Origin: Chlamydiales bacterium
GTDB lineage: Bacteria; Chlamydiota; Chlamydiia; Chlamydiales; JACKPQ01
Length of the DNA stretch: 64,000 nucleotides
Assembly (NCBI GenBank): GCA_024233455.1
Contig: JACKPP010000002.1
Coordinates: 98,825 to 162,824 of the forward strand
Direction of reading: 5' to 3'
Shown in pieces: positions 8,718 through 18,107 of the stretch. A program made the position numbers and the translations under genes. Under the pieces are notes generated by a model. That model was not told the origin of the DNA. It saw only the letters and a list, made by a program, of their open reading frames with translations, and ran no database searches. Position 1 is the first letter of the stretch. Each line of letters opens with the position of its first letter.

Positions 8718-9830
8718 ATGAAATTTGTTATGTCTAGAGCAGAGCTTGTCAAGCTCATGGGCCGCATCCAAAGCGTTGTATCATCCAAGCCGGCAATTCC
8801 TATTTTGTCTAATATTTTAATCGAGGCGTATGCCGATCAAATTATTCTAAGTGCAACTGATTTGACTGTGAGTATGCGGACCTATACCGATGCCAAAGTA
8901 TTACAAGAAGGCGCCATTACTCTACCTGCCAAGCATTTCTTTTCTCTGATCCGCGAGTTGACTGCTCCGCAAGTAGAAATCAGCGCCGATGCTGATGAAA
9001 TTGTGCGTGTTGTTGCTGGCAACTCCAATTTCAAGATCAACGGGATGGGTAAAGCGGAATTTCCCACACTTCCAGATTTTATGGGCGCCCCTAGTTTTGA
9101 AATCAATGGCGAAAAATTTAAAACCTTGCTCTCTAAAACGGCATTTGCAGCGGCCAAAGATGACAGCAGACAAATGCTCAATGGTATTTTGATGCAGCTG
9201 CAAGGGAACAATTTGGGCTTTGTTGCCACCGATGGAAAGCGCCTGGCTAAAGTGCGTGCGCAAATTGAAATGCAAGCCCCGCTTGAAGGCCAGCATATTA
9301 TTCCGCTTAAGGCCGTTGAAGAAGTCATTAAAACGCTTGATGGCGAGCAAACAGCTAAGGTCTTAATTGGCGAAGATAAAATCGCTATCGAGTCGGGCTC
9401 TACCTGTTTTATGACCAAGCTGCTCAGTGGTGATTATCCCGATATTGAGCGGGTCATTCCCACCAACTGCTCATCCAATTTACACCTGCACCGGGATGAA
9501 CTCATTAGCATTTTGCGACAGGTTTCTCTCTTCACTACCGACCGCAGCCAATCAGTGCGTTTTTGTTTTTCGCAAGGTGAGCTAAAGCTATTAGCAGCTA
9601 GCAGCGAGATTGGAGAAGGTGCAGTCAGCATGCCGGTCGACTACTCCGGGGAATACATGGAAATTGCCTTTAATCCCAATTTTTTTCTCGACATCTTACG
9701 TCACACCAAAGACGAAACCGTCGCATTTGGCATGAGCGATCCCTACAATCCAGGCCTTATCACCGATAAATCAGCCGCTCAATTTGTGATCATGCCTATG
9801 CGTATTGAACAGCCTGCACATGTGGCTTAA
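8718..9830 (+). CDS. dnaN: DNA polymerase III beta sliding clamp
   Basis: 370 aa. MKFVMSRAELVKLMGRIQSVVSSKPAIPILSNILIEA is typical of a DnaN N-terminus. The three-domain length fits, and a strong SD lies upstream. Confidence 0.95.
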   Translation: MKFVMSRAELVKLMGRIQSVVSSKPAIPILSNILIEAYADQIILSATDLTVSMRTYTDAKVLQEGAITLPAKHFFSLIRELTAPQVEISADADEIVRVVAGNSNFKINGMGKAEFPTLPDFMGAPSFEINGEKFKTLLSKTAFAAAKDDSRQMLNGILMQLQGNNLGFVATDGKRLAKVRAQIEMQAPLEGQHIIPLKAVEEVIKTLDGEQTAKVLIGEDKIAIESGSTCFMTKLLSGDYPDIERVIPTNCSSNLHLHRDELISILRQVSLFTTDRSQSVRFCFSQGELKLLAASSEIGEGAVSMPVDYSGEYMEIAFNPNFFLDILRHTKDETVAFGMSDPYNPGLITDKSAAQFVIMPMRIEQPAHVA

Positions 9831-10866
9831 ACGGCTTTATCTTCATAATTTTCGCAGCTATAAAAAATCGCAGGTAATGTTTGCTCCTGGTATCAACGTG
9901 ATACAAGGAGCAAATGGACAAGGGAAAACCAACCTTCTAGAAGCTATTTATCTGCTAAGTACAGGCCGTTCATTTAGGACGGCTTTTTTAAACGATTTGA
10001 TCCGACACGACACGCCGGGATTTTTTATCGAAGCCGAATTCGAACGCGATGGCATTGAACAGATTTTGCGCATCAGTTTTGATGGGCAAACGCGCAAAGT
10101 GCAACACAATGCCACCAACTACTCTAACTTTGCTAATTTGCTTGGCCTGCTTCCTTCCGTTCTCTTTGCTCCGCACGATGTGAATCTCATTAGCGGCGCT
10201 CCTGCTGATCGCCGTCGCTTTATTAACCTCCATATCGCGCAAAGCGACCCGCTCTACGTCCACCATTTGCTGCGCTTTGGTAAAGCCCTTAAACAGCGCA
10301 ACTGCCTGCTTAAAGCAGGGTCTAAACAAGGAATCGACATTTGGGAAGCAGAAATGGCCCTGTCTGCACTCGTTTTAGTCCAAAAAAGAAAACATGCCGT
10401 AGAGAGTCTACACAGCAAACTGACTCCCCTGGCCAAAGCGCTCAGCTTAGATGCCGATAGTTTTGAGCTGAACTATCATCCGTCGATCGCCACTGACTTT
10501 GTCAATCAGTGGGCCTCCCACCGAGGCAAAGAGCTTATTTTAGGTGCAACGCAACGGGGCCCTCACCGGGATGATCTCAACATCATCTTGTCTGGCAAAA
10601 ACGCCAAAAGCTATTCCTCTGAAGGACAAAAGCACTCCTGTCTGGCGGCTTTGCGTTTTGCTGAATGGGAAGCTTTACAAGAGCGCTTTGATGACAAACC
10701 GCTTCTGGGTATTGATGATTTTGGCGTGCACTTAGATGCAGGAAGATTTGCAACTCTAACCGATCGCCTTGGCTCTTTTGGACAAGTTTTCCTCACCACG
10801 CCCCAAGGTGCAAATATTCAAAGCGACTGCGCGATCACAATTAAAGAGGGTGCTTGTCTTCAGTGA
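9820..10866 (+). CDS. recF: DNA replication and repair protein RecF
   Basis: MWLKRLYLHNFRSY, Walker A GANGQGKTNLLEAI, and an SMC-like signature region. The track start at 9805 is TTG; the ATG at 9820 matches RecF N-termini and overlaps the dnaN stop by 11 nt. Confidence 0.9.
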   Translation: MWLKRLYLHNFRSYKKSQVMFAPGINVIQGANGQGKTNLLEAIYLLSTGRSFRTAFLNDLIRHDTPGFFIEAEFERDGIEQILRISFDGQTRKVQHNATNYSNFANLLGLLPSVLFAPHDVNLISGAPADRRRFINLHIAQSDPLYVHHLLRFGKALKQRNCLLKAGSKQGIDIWEAEMALSALVLVQKRKHAVESLHSKLTPLAKALSLDADSFELNYHPSIATDFVNQWASHRGKELILGATQRGPHRDDLNIILSGKNAKSYSSEGQKHSCLAALRFAEWEALQERFDDKPLLGIDDFGVHLDAGRFATLTDRLGSFGQVFLTTPQGANIQSDCAITIKEGACLQ

Positions 10867-10951
10867 TAAGCGAGCAAGGTCAAGTTAAATAGTATTGTGT
10901 AAATTCTCTTATTTCAAATAGGTTGTCTGTGTTTAATAACTAATTCGCGAG

Positions 10952-10994
10952 CGCCGTTTATCCCGGCCATAAATGGCCAGGTTTTCGGCGTTTT
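10952..10994 (+). terminator. possible intrinsic terminator between convergent recF and pgi
   Basis: A bipartite hairpin: CGCCG(10952-56)...GGCCAT(10965-70) AA ATGGCC(10973-78)...CGGCG(10986-90), followed by TTTT. The 7x7 internal loop makes it weak. Confidence 0.3.
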
Positions 10995-11136
10995 AGTGAT
11001 AAAGCAGCAGAAATGGCAGCAAAGCAAGCATTAAAAGGTCCCAGCAATAGGGCTCAAGCTTCTTTTGTGTCTGAGCTTGATCAATCAGCAGATCATACTC
11101 TTTGGGGCTTAAGTGACTTAATAAACGCTTTGCGCG

Positions 11137-12720
11137 CTATAGCGAATCAAAATGGTTGATATAGCTAGAGGCCTCGGGAAAAGAGCGAGGATCTCCTTCT
11201 TCTTTTTTGTGGCGGCTAGCGTAAATAGAAATCACCTTATTGGCTAAAACTTTGCCTAGCTGCACTCCCTCTTGGTCAAATGAATTGATATTCCAGATAA
11301 AACCTTCAAATGCGGTGACATGCTCGTAATAGGAGAGGATGAGTCCCATGGTGTAGGCGTCGCATTTTTTAGCTGCAAGAATGCGGGTAGGACGATTGCC
11401 TTTAAAAACTTTGTTGGGGTTCTCATCTTCTTTACCAGTTGCCAGACCGATGGCTTGAGCGATGAGGTTGGATACCAGTTTTTCCTGCGAATTAGAGGCT
11501 TCCACTTCGATGTCTTGCCCAAATTGGGACTGTTTAAAGCCGATAAATTCGATCGGCACAACGGTCATTCCCTGGTGAATGAGCTGATAAAATGAATGCT
11601 GCCCATTTGTTCCTGGCTCACCCCAGATGATAGGACCGGTTTCAAAGTCAATAAATTGACCTAAACGATCGATTTGCTTGCCGTTGGACTCCATCGACAG
11701 CTGTTGCAAGTGCGCTGAAAAGCGGGAGAGAGCTCGCGAATAAGGAATAATAGCTTTGGTGTGGTGTTTAAGGAAATTGCGATTCCAAATAGATAGTAAA
11801 GCTCCAACCAGCGGCAAATTTTGCGAAAAGTCGGGATTCAGTGCCGCTTTATCCATAGCGCTCATGCCGCGTAAAAAATCTAGAAATTTATCCATGCCAA
11901 GGGCAAAAGCAATCGCTACACCGCCCACCATAGAGCTTGCTGAATACCTTCCTCCGACATAATCCCACATGTAGAAGCTGGCTCGGTATTTTGAAGGATC
12001 ATCCATAGGACTATTTTCACCGGTCACAGCGATCATATGTTCTTTAGGACTTAGGCCTTTTTCTAGCAGTTTCTGGCGAATGAATTCTTCGTTGGTTCTG
12101 GTCTCAAGAGTAGTGCCAGATTTAGACACAACGACTACGAGCGTTTTGGCCAGATCGACTTTGCGCAAAATGGCCGTGGCATCGTCAGGGTCCACATTGG
12201 ATAAAAAATGGACAGTACGCCCCTCTTTTTTAAATGCTTCTAGCGCTAAATAAATAGCCTTGGGACCAAGTTCCGATCCGCCTATGCCCACCTGGATTAT
12301 ATCGGTAAAAACGCCTTGATTGTTAACACCTTCTAAAAAACGCTTAAGCTTTTCAAGTTCTTGAAAAGCTGCGGCTGCTGCATCATGGGCTTTGGCCTCA
12401 GTGCGTTGATTTTCAAAAAAATCGCGCATAGCAGTATGCAAAACAGATCTATTTTCGCTCTCGTGCCCTTCAATGCGGTTGATGATTTCCCCAGATTGCA
12501 TTGCCTCCATTTGTTCGATCACATTGCGCTCTTTGGCCAGCTCAAAAAGCCCCTGCATCACCTCATCATTGACCCTCTCTGTTGCAAATAAAAGCTTTAA
12601 TCCAAGCGATGAGCACACCATTTCCTCAATCCGTTTACAGGTTAAGCTCTTTTTTTCATTTAGATTGATCGGGTTTTGAGCAAGTTCGCTAAGCTTCTTT
12701 GCTGCTGGTAAATCGTACAT
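11137..12720 (-). CDS. pgi: glucose-6-phosphate isomerase
   Basis: Typical PGI blocks are present: GIGGSELGPKA, VSKSGTTLET, GEPGTNGQHSFYQLIHQG. The start was trimmed to ATG 12720 (MYDLPAAKKL), which is preceded by AGAGGGGA. Confidence 0.95.
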   Translation of the reverse strand: MYDLPAAKKLSELAQNPINLNEKKSLTCKRIEEMVCSSLGLKLLFATERVNDEVMQGLFELAKERNVIEQMEAMQSGEIINRIEGHESENRSVLHTAMRDFFENQRTEAKAHDAAAAAFQELEKLKRFLEGVNNQGVFTDIIQVGIGGSELGPKAIYLALEAFKKEGRTVHFLSNVDPDDATAILRKVDLAKTLVVVVSKSGTTLETRTNEEFIRQKLLEKGLSPKEHMIAVTGENSPMDDPSKYRASFYMWDYVGGRYSASSMVGGVAIAFALGMDKFLDFLRGMSAMDKAALNPDFSQNLPLVGALLSIWNRNFLKHHTKAIIPYSRALSRFSAHLQQLSMESNGKQIDRLGQFIDFETGPIIWGEPGTNGQHSFYQLIHQGMTVVPIEFIGFKQSQFGQDIEVEASNSQEKLVSNLIAQAIGLATGKEDENPNKVFKGNRPTRILAAKKCDAYTMGLILSYYEHVTAFEGFIWNINSFDQEGVQLGKVLANKVISIYASRHKKEEGDPRSFPEASSYINHFDSL

Positions 12721-12768
12721 ACGTCCCCTCTTTTTCTTCACCATTGCAAAAAGAGCTCTTTTTTTCAA

Positions 12769-12798
12769 TTGATCTGAAAAATCATTTTCAGTTATAGT
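12769..12798 (+). promoter_or_regulatory. candidate promoter of tRNA-Pro
   Basis: TTGATC (12769-74), an 18-nt spacer, then TATAGT (12793-98), 10 nt before the mature tRNA 5' end. The spacer contains the inverted repeat TGAAAA-ATCA-TTTTCA. Confidence 0.4.
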
Positions 12799-12808
12799 GC
12801 TGTACTTT

Positions 12809-12883
12809 CGGGGTATAGCGCAGCTTGGCTAGCGCGTCTGCTTTGGGAGCAGAAAGTCGGGGGTTCGAATCCCTCTACCCCGA
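12809..12883 (+). tRNA. tRNA-Pro (anticodon TGG)
   Basis: CGGGGTATAGCGCAGCTTGGCTAGCGCGTCTGCTTTGGGAGCAGAAAGTCGGGGGTTCGAATCCCTCTACCCCGA. Acceptor is CGGGGTA/TACCCCG, anticodon stem TCTGC/GCAGA with loop TTTGGGA, and a GTTCGAATC T-loop. Confidence 0.9.
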
Positions 12884-13483
12884 AATCCTTTTTCCACCAG
12901 CTGCCAGGAATCCACAAATTTTTCTCTCCCCCATAGGACTTAGCAGTTTATCAATCACAATGACCTCATCCAGACCGTTCCAGCTCTCAGTAAAGTTGTA
13001 CTCATAAACAATCCGATAAGGACTGTGCAAACTTGCCATAACACTATCTAGTGCAGCCAAATTTTCCTTTGTACAGAGTGCTTCGAGTGGAAATAGCAGG
13101 CCTAATGAAGCGTCCTGATTGGGGCGGTTTTCCACCTCTATCCATGGATATCGCTCAGTTGAAATCAACCTTGCAGCATCTGCTTTAGAGGGGATGCTAT
13201 TTAAATCAAAATGCGCAGTTGCCACCACCTCATCAGGCAGCAAGGCAACCAGTGCATCCAAATAATCGGGCAAATCCTCAGATGGTGGACCTTGGTAGAG
13301 ACGGACGCTGTTAATCAATGTCGTATCGACTGTATCAAGAAAATGTTTAAGAGCTGACTCAGCAGAGGCTATAGTGGCGATATTAAGGGGGCCAAAATCC
13401 AAGTGCCACTTTCCGGGTTGGGTCATTGCAGATAGGTCCCATAAAAGGTCATCGATTGGCCGGCAATTTAGACGATATTCCAT
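12875..13483 (-). CDS. hypothetical protein (202 aa)
   Basis: ATG-initiated ORF of normal composition with no recognisable motif. Its 3' end overlaps the tRNA-Pro 3' end by 9 nt on the opposite strand. Confidence 0.5.
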   Translation of the reverse strand: MEYRLNCRPIDDLLWDLSAMTQPGKWHLDFGPLNIATIASAESALKHFLDTVDTTLINSVRLYQGPPSEDLPDYLDALVALLPDEVVATAHFDLNSIPSKADAARLISTERYPWIEVENRPNQDASLGLLFPLEALCTKENLAALDSVMASLHSPYRIVYEYNFTESWNGLDEVIVIDKLLSPMGERKICGFLAAGGKRISG

Positions 13484-13560
13484 CCTAAGTAGTTTACTTC
13501 AAACGTTTTTTCTTGTATATACACTACCCTGTTTCATACCCTATTGTATAAAGAGGTAAG

Positions 13561-13986
13561 ATGATGGCCACGATTAAGGTAACAATTTTCTTTGAAAAGC
13601 GCTTATGGGTTGGAACTTTTGAACGAACTGACAAAGAGGGTTACGCCGTAGCAAGACATATTTTTGGTAAGGAGCCTTCTGATCCTGAAATTCATGAGTT
13701 CGTTCTAAATAACTATCACGAGTTAAAGTTTGGAGCGGCCAAAAACATCAATATTCAAATACAGAGGAAGAATCCAAAAAGAGTTCAGCGGGAAATACAC
13801 CGTGAAATGGAAAAAATTAAAGAAACAGCTCGACCCTCAACTTTAGCTCAAGACTATATGAGAGAAGAACTTGAGAAGAAAAAGAAAGAGAAAAAAAGTG
13901 TTTCTAGTGCCCAAATGCACGCACGCAAGGTTGAGCAATTCGCCATTAAACAGCAAAAGAAAAAGAAAAAAAAACAAGGGAGATAG
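13561..13986 (+). CDS. YjdF/DUF2992-like small protein with poly-lysine tail
   Basis: MMATIKVTIFFEKRLWVGTFERTDKEGYAVARHIFGKEPSDPEI resembles the N-terminal block I remember for the Bacillus YjdF (DUF2992) family. AGAGGT SD lies before the ATG. The C-terminus is K-rich (KKKKEKK...QQKKKKKKQGR). Confidence 0.6.
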   Translation: MMATIKVTIFFEKRLWVGTFERTDKEGYAVARHIFGKEPSDPEIHEFVLNNYHELKFGAAKNINIQIQRKNPKRVQREIHREMEKIKETARPSTLAQDYMREELEKKKKEKKSVSSAQMHARKVEQFAIKQQKKKKKKQGR

Positions 13987-14010
13987 ACTTATTTTTTGCT
14001 TAACGATCTC

Positions 14011-14676
14011 TTAGTTGACCGCAAGTTCAGTGAAAATTTGGTTGATTTGTTTTCCTTTGGAAAGCCAAAGGCGTTCAAAATAGCTGCTACCGCTGCGACC
14101 CTCTAATACAGTATGTACAGGCTGCCCCCACTGGGGATGAACGTGCATGACCGATTGCATTTGAGCGGCATATGTTGAGTCATCCGTTACAAAACAAGCT
14201 GTAGCCCCCGGCAAGGCACATCTGGCAAGCTCTGAGGCAAAAGGCTGTTGAATAATGCGGTGTTTGGCATGGCGCTTTTTAGGCCATGGGTCGGGAAAGT
14301 TCACGTAGTAAGCTTGGAAACACGGCTGTTTAATATATTTTTGAGTAAAGGTAAGTGCTTCACCGCAGATGATAAAGAGATTTTTCACTCCCATATTCTG
14401 AGACTTGGACCAAATTTTCCGAACTCTTGGAAATTGCATTTCAACTGATATCCAATTGATATGAGGATTTTCTAGGGCCTGATTGATGATCCATTCGCCA
14501 TTCCCACTACAGTATTCGATATGAATGGGGTGGTTATTTTCAAATATTTGCTGCCAACTAGGAAGGACAAAGCCATCATGAGCGCTATAATAGTCAGGCA
14601 CGAATAGGACGTTATCAACGATGAGCGGTGTCCGCTCATCCCATCTAAAAGGACTTTTAAGATCTTTGGGTCTCAT
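14011..14676 (-). CDS. trmB: tRNA (guanine46-N7)-methyltransferase
   Basis: Typical TrmB blocks IEYCSGNGEWI (SAM-binding) and FPDPWPKKRHAKHR. The length, 221 aa, also fits. Confidence 0.88.
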   Translation of the reverse strand: MRPKDLKSPFRWDERTPLIVDNVLFVPDYYSAHDGFVLPSWQQIFENNHPIHIEYCSGNGEWIINQALENPHINWISVEMQFPRVRKIWSKSQNMGVKNLFIICGEALTFTQKYIKQPCFQAYYVNFPDPWPKKRHAKHRIIQQPFASELARCALPGATACFVTDDSTYAAQMQSVMHVHPQWGQPVHTVLEGRSGSSYFERLWLSKGKQINQIFTELAVN

Positions 14677-14685
14677 AAGAAAATT

Positions 14686-14767
<82 letters not shown>

Positions 14768-14915
14768 ATTCAGAATTAGTCATTCTAATGGCGTTGAGCA
14801 ATTTTCGTCAATTTAAATTCACTTCGAAATTTTCTTTGGTTTGGTTAGAGTATCTGTCGACATAAATACAAGAATTTGCTTATAGTGACGGCCTTTAACA
14901 ATGGAGGTCATGACC

Positions 14916-15509
14916 ATGGAGTGGAAAAAATTCACACTTGTATGCATCTTATCATTCACCTGCTTGGGCGCTTTTGCCGATGAGGCTGAAAGTTCCAATG
15001 AAGAGCCAGTTCAAGAGCAGGTCTATGTCCCGAAAATTTACGAAGAGAACTTGGATCAATATATTCAAAATAACAATGTGCATATGTCTCGATATATTCG
15101 TTGGAATAGCACTGAAATCATGCTTCTAAGTGACGATTCGGTGTGGATGGTCAATCCCCTAGAGGTACGCGTTGCTGGTTGGTGGGACCGTTTGCGTGGT
15201 AGAGAAATTACCCAGCCAGAAGACCGGTTTTTAGCAAAGCCCATCGAATGGAAAGAAGATTCTGACCTGAAGGTTTACCGCTATAACTGGAAAGATTCGG
15301 GTCTGGCTAAAATTTACGAATTTGACGCAACACGTTTGATTTACTGCACACATATTCTCCAAAATGTGGCCACAGGCCAAATGGTATTTGCACGCCAGCT
15401 TAAAAATTGCCACGTAGTACAACTATTTAACAGCTGGGTACAGGACGTGCGAAGCAAAGGCTTTGTTGAAGGGTATGAAAAAGGGTACAACGACGCGAAG
15501 AAGATTTAA
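14916..15509 (+). CDS. secreted protein, stand-alone paralogue of the N-terminal domain of the downstream FtsH-like protein
   Basis: Signal peptide MEWKKFTLVCILSFTCLGAFADEA. GGAGG (14903-07) lies 8 nt before ATG 14916. The domain aligns by eye with residues ~45-140 of ORF 15513: DDSVWMV/NDTAWIV, GWWDRL/NWWDFL, CTHILQN..GQMVFARQL/STHLIFN..QQMAFARRL. Confidence 0.6.
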   Translation: MEWKKFTLVCILSFTCLGAFADEAESSNEEPVQEQVYVPKIYEENLDQYIQNNNVHMSRYIRWNSTEIMLLSDDSVWMVNPLEVRVAGWWDRLRGREITQPEDRFLAKPIEWKEDSDLKVYRYNWKDSGLAKIYEFDATRLIYCTHILQNVATGQMVFARQLKNCHVVQLFNSWVQDVRSKGFVEGYEKGYNDAKKI

Positions 15510-15512
15510 CTT

Positions 15513-18107
15513 ATGCGCCTACTACTAACGCTTGTTTTCTGCGGATCTCTTTTGGCAAAAAGTCAGATGAATTGTCCTGAAGTTTTGCCAAATCGGTATA
15601 GTGAAGGAGTTATTCAGAGCGCCTATGGCTCATCTTTCGACAATAACTCCTATGTGGTGCTCGATAATGACACCGCATGGATCGTGTACCGTCTGTATGG
15701 GAATGCGGAGAATTGGTGGGATTTTTTATCGGATATTAAAGAGGTTGATAAGAAACTTCTCTGCAATCCCACCAGCTGGAAAATTGGCAATGATGTACGT
15801 ATTTACTCTTTGCCTTTCAAAGATTCTTTGGCCCAAAAGTTACTTCAAAATCCTGATCCAGATTTGAGTTGTTCGACGCATTTAATCTTCAATAGGGATA
15901 GGCAGCAAATGGCCTTTGCCAGACGCCTTTCCAGTAAAGAAATGAAAGAATTAAAGTTACAAATCAAACCGATCAAAGTTATTCCCAATAAGGGGTTGAA
16001 AACTCGATTACAAGATGTAGTGGGATACGACGGTATAAGAAAAGAAATCCAACAAATAGCTAGCAGGCTAAAAAATCCTAAACCCTATTTAAAACTCGGC
16101 GCGCAATTGCCCCAAAGCTTACTAATTGCAGGACCATCTGGGTGTGGTAAGACGCTACTTGCAAAGGCTCTAGCTAAGGAGTCGAATCGCCCACTCATTC
16201 AAATTTCGGCCAGCCAGCTCTGGGATGATTTTTTCTTAAAAGATCTTGATGACATAGCTCCTCTTTTTGAGACAGCTAGAAAAAATGCGCCCTGCATCAT
16301 CCTGATTGACGGCTTTGATACATTTGATTTTCTGGGCAACTTAACCGGTTACGATTTTTTAATCGCACGGTTGAATCGTAAAATTGAACTTATGACACTT
16401 GAGACCGATGCATTCTTAGTGATTACAGCAAGAGATGCTAAGAAGATAGGCGCGCAGCTTTTCACATCGAATCACCAATGCCAAATATTAGAGGTTTCAA
16501 CTCCATCTAAAAAAGATCGTATCCAACTATTGCAAGTGCATGCACAAGAATTTGCCGTTGATTCTGCATGTGATCTCGAGCATTTAGGCTATCAAACGCT
16601 TTGTTTTACCCCTGCTGACTTAAAAAGCATTTTTCATCTTGGGGCGCGAATAGCAGCAGCCAAAAAATCGGATGTGATTTCTCAAGAAGATTTAGAAGGG
16701 GCCATAAGGAAGATTGGGCGGCTAAAAGCAGAACATTCTAATGGAGAGAACAATCCAGCCAAGCTCTCAGATCCATTTGTTAAGCCCCTGAAGTTTGATG
16801 CTATTGGGGGCTGTAAAGAGGCCAAAGAAGAGCTCCAAGAGCTAGTGGCATTTTTAAAAAATCCCGGTCAATTTGCTCACTTAGGGGCCAAAGCACCTAA
16901 AGGCACTTTATGCATCGGACCTCCTGGATGTGGAAAAACGATGCTTGCCAAAGCGGTAGCTGGTGAAGCCGGGTGTAATTTCTTTCACTGCTCAGGTGCA
17001 GACATTAACAGCGTCTGGGTTGGCTCAGGTGTCAGCCGAATCAAAGAAGTCTTTAAAGTAGCCAGAGCAAACACCCCAGCAATCCTATTTATCGACGAAA
17101 TTGATGCTGTAGGCGGCAAGCGAATGAATGACCCACAAGCTGCAGCGCGCGATTTTAATAATACTCTCAATCAACTCCTCGTTGAGATGGATGGTTTCGA
17201 TGGCTCTGAAGGTCTAGCTGTGATCGCTGCTACGAACCTGCCTGATTTGCTCGATGATGCACTTATCCGTTCAGGCCGCTTTGATCGACAAGTTGTAATA
17301 GACCTACCTAGTTATGCGGAGCGATTAGAAATTCTATCTATCCATTGTAAGTCACTGCCCCTTGAAGAAAGCGTAGATCTATCTCATACTGCTAGAATGA
17401 CCATTGGAATGTCAGGGGCGGACCTTGTAAATATTTTAAACGAAGCAGCGCTTATTGCCGGTCGCACTAATAAAAAAACAATCAATGAAAGTGATATCCG
17501 CGAGGCGCACGATAAAGTGCAATTGGGTAAAGAGCGGCATAGTCTGAGCTTCTCCGATGAAGAAAAACGTCACACTGCCTATCATGAAGCTGGGCATACA
17601 ATTGTAGGCCTGATTGTGGATTCGGGGACGCATGTCGATAAGGTGACGATCGTGCCAAGAGGTAGAGCACTAGGTCTGACACATTTTATTCCGCAAGGCG
17701 AAAATCTGACCTTGTGGAGAAAGCAAGCAGAAAATAGACTCGCTGAATGCTTAGGAGGAATGGCAGCTGAGCGGATCTGTCTTGGCGATACATCCGCAGG
17801 AGTCTCTAGCGATTTAAAAAATGCCACACAGCTTGCCCGGCAAATGGTAGCTGAATACGGGATGAATGATACGCTGGGATACGCTGCTTTTGGACATGAC
17901 TTATCCTCTGATACCAAGCGACAGATCGATATTGAAGTACGCAAACTTCTAGATAAAGCCTATAAACAAGCCGCAGCTATTATTGAGGAATACCGCCTGC
18001 AAGTCGATCAGATTGTGGCTGGCTTATTAGAAAAAGAAACGCTGTATAGAGCAGATTTAGAAGCCATTTTGAAAGGTCCATCAAGTGAGGATTCCCCTGC
18101 TGCGTAA
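15513..18107 (+). CDS. atypical FtsH-family ATP-dependent zinc metalloprotease with tandem AAA modules (degenerate D1 plus canonical D2) and M41 domain
   Basis: - D1: GPSGCGKT, with Walker B IILIDGFD (no DE).
- D2: GPPGCGKTMLAKAVAGEAG, ILFIDEIDAVGGKR, and second region of homology ATNLPDLLDDALIRSGRFDR.
- Protease: HEAGHTIVG and a PRGRALG block.
- N-terminus: a signal-like MRLLLTLVFCGSLLAKS, with no second hydrophobic span before the ATPase. Confidence 0.85.
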   Translation: MRLLLTLVFCGSLLAKSQMNCPEVLPNRYSEGVIQSAYGSSFDNNSYVVLDNDTAWIVYRLYGNAENWWDFLSDIKEVDKKLLCNPTSWKIGNDVRIYSLPFKDSLAQKLLQNPDPDLSCSTHLIFNRDRQQMAFARRLSSKEMKELKLQIKPIKVIPNKGLKTRLQDVVGYDGIRKEIQQIASRLKNPKPYLKLGAQLPQSLLIAGPSGCGKTLLAKALAKESNRPLIQISASQLWDDFFLKDLDDIAPLFETARKNAPCIILIDGFDTFDFLGNLTGYDFLIARLNRKIELMTLETDAFLVITARDAKKIGAQLFTSNHQCQILEVSTPSKKDRIQLLQVHAQEFAVDSACDLEHLGYQTLCFTPADLKSIFHLGARIAAAKKSDVISQEDLEGAIRKIGRLKAEHSNGENNPAKLSDPFVKPLKFDAIGGCKEAKEELQELVAFLKNPGQFAHLGAKAPKGTLCIGPPGCGKTMLAKAVAGEAGCNFFHCSGADINSVWVGSGVSRIKEVFKVARANTPAILFIDEIDAVGGKRMNDPQAAARDFNNTLNQLLVEMDGFDGSEGLAVIAATNLPDLLDDALIRSGRFDRQVVIDLPSYAERLEILSIHCKSLPLEESVDLSHTARMTIGMSGADLVNILNEAALIAGRTNKKTINESDIREAHDKVQLGKERHSLSFSDEEKRHTAYHEAGHTIVGLIVDSGTHVDKVTIVPRGRALGLTHFIPQGENLTLWRKQAENRLAECLGGMAAERICLGDTSAGVSSDLKNATQLARQMVAEYGMNDTLGYAAFGHDLSSDTKRQIDIEVRKLLDKAYKQAAAIIEEYRLQVDQIVAGLLEKETLYRADLEAILKGPSSEDSPAA

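Noticed and set aside
8882-9418. Long antisense or out-of-frame ORFs inside well-supported genes. Examples: 8882-9418 and 8922-9350 in dnaN; 2565-2960 and 4161-4472 in leuS; 7611-8027 and 7681-8085 over the porin gene; 17582-17944 in the FtsH-like gene; 45226-45567 in the AsmA-like gene; 54818-55117 in oppD.
   Set aside because: Each lies fully inside a gene with strong family motifs in another frame. They have no independent SD or motif support and show odd composition (Ser/Arg/Cys-rich), which is typical of shadow ORFs.
11003-11152. Unlisted ~49-codon plus-strand ORF (MAAKQALKGPSNRAQASFVSELDQ...) between recF and pgi.
   Set aside because: It has no SD, overlaps the pgi 3' end antisense, and shows no recognisable motif. 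It is too short to support from sequence alone.
12825-13007. 60-aa ORF starting with TTG inside tRNA-Pro.
   Set aside because: Its first 59 nt are the tRNA-Pro gene itself, and the remainder is antisense to ORF 12875-13483. It is an artefact of ORF calling.
13484-13560. A yjdF-type riboswitch upstream of the YjdF/DUF2992-like gene.
   Set aside because: Only 77 nt separate the divergent start codons, too short for the ~100-nt element plus two promoters. I see no extended conserved stem structure.
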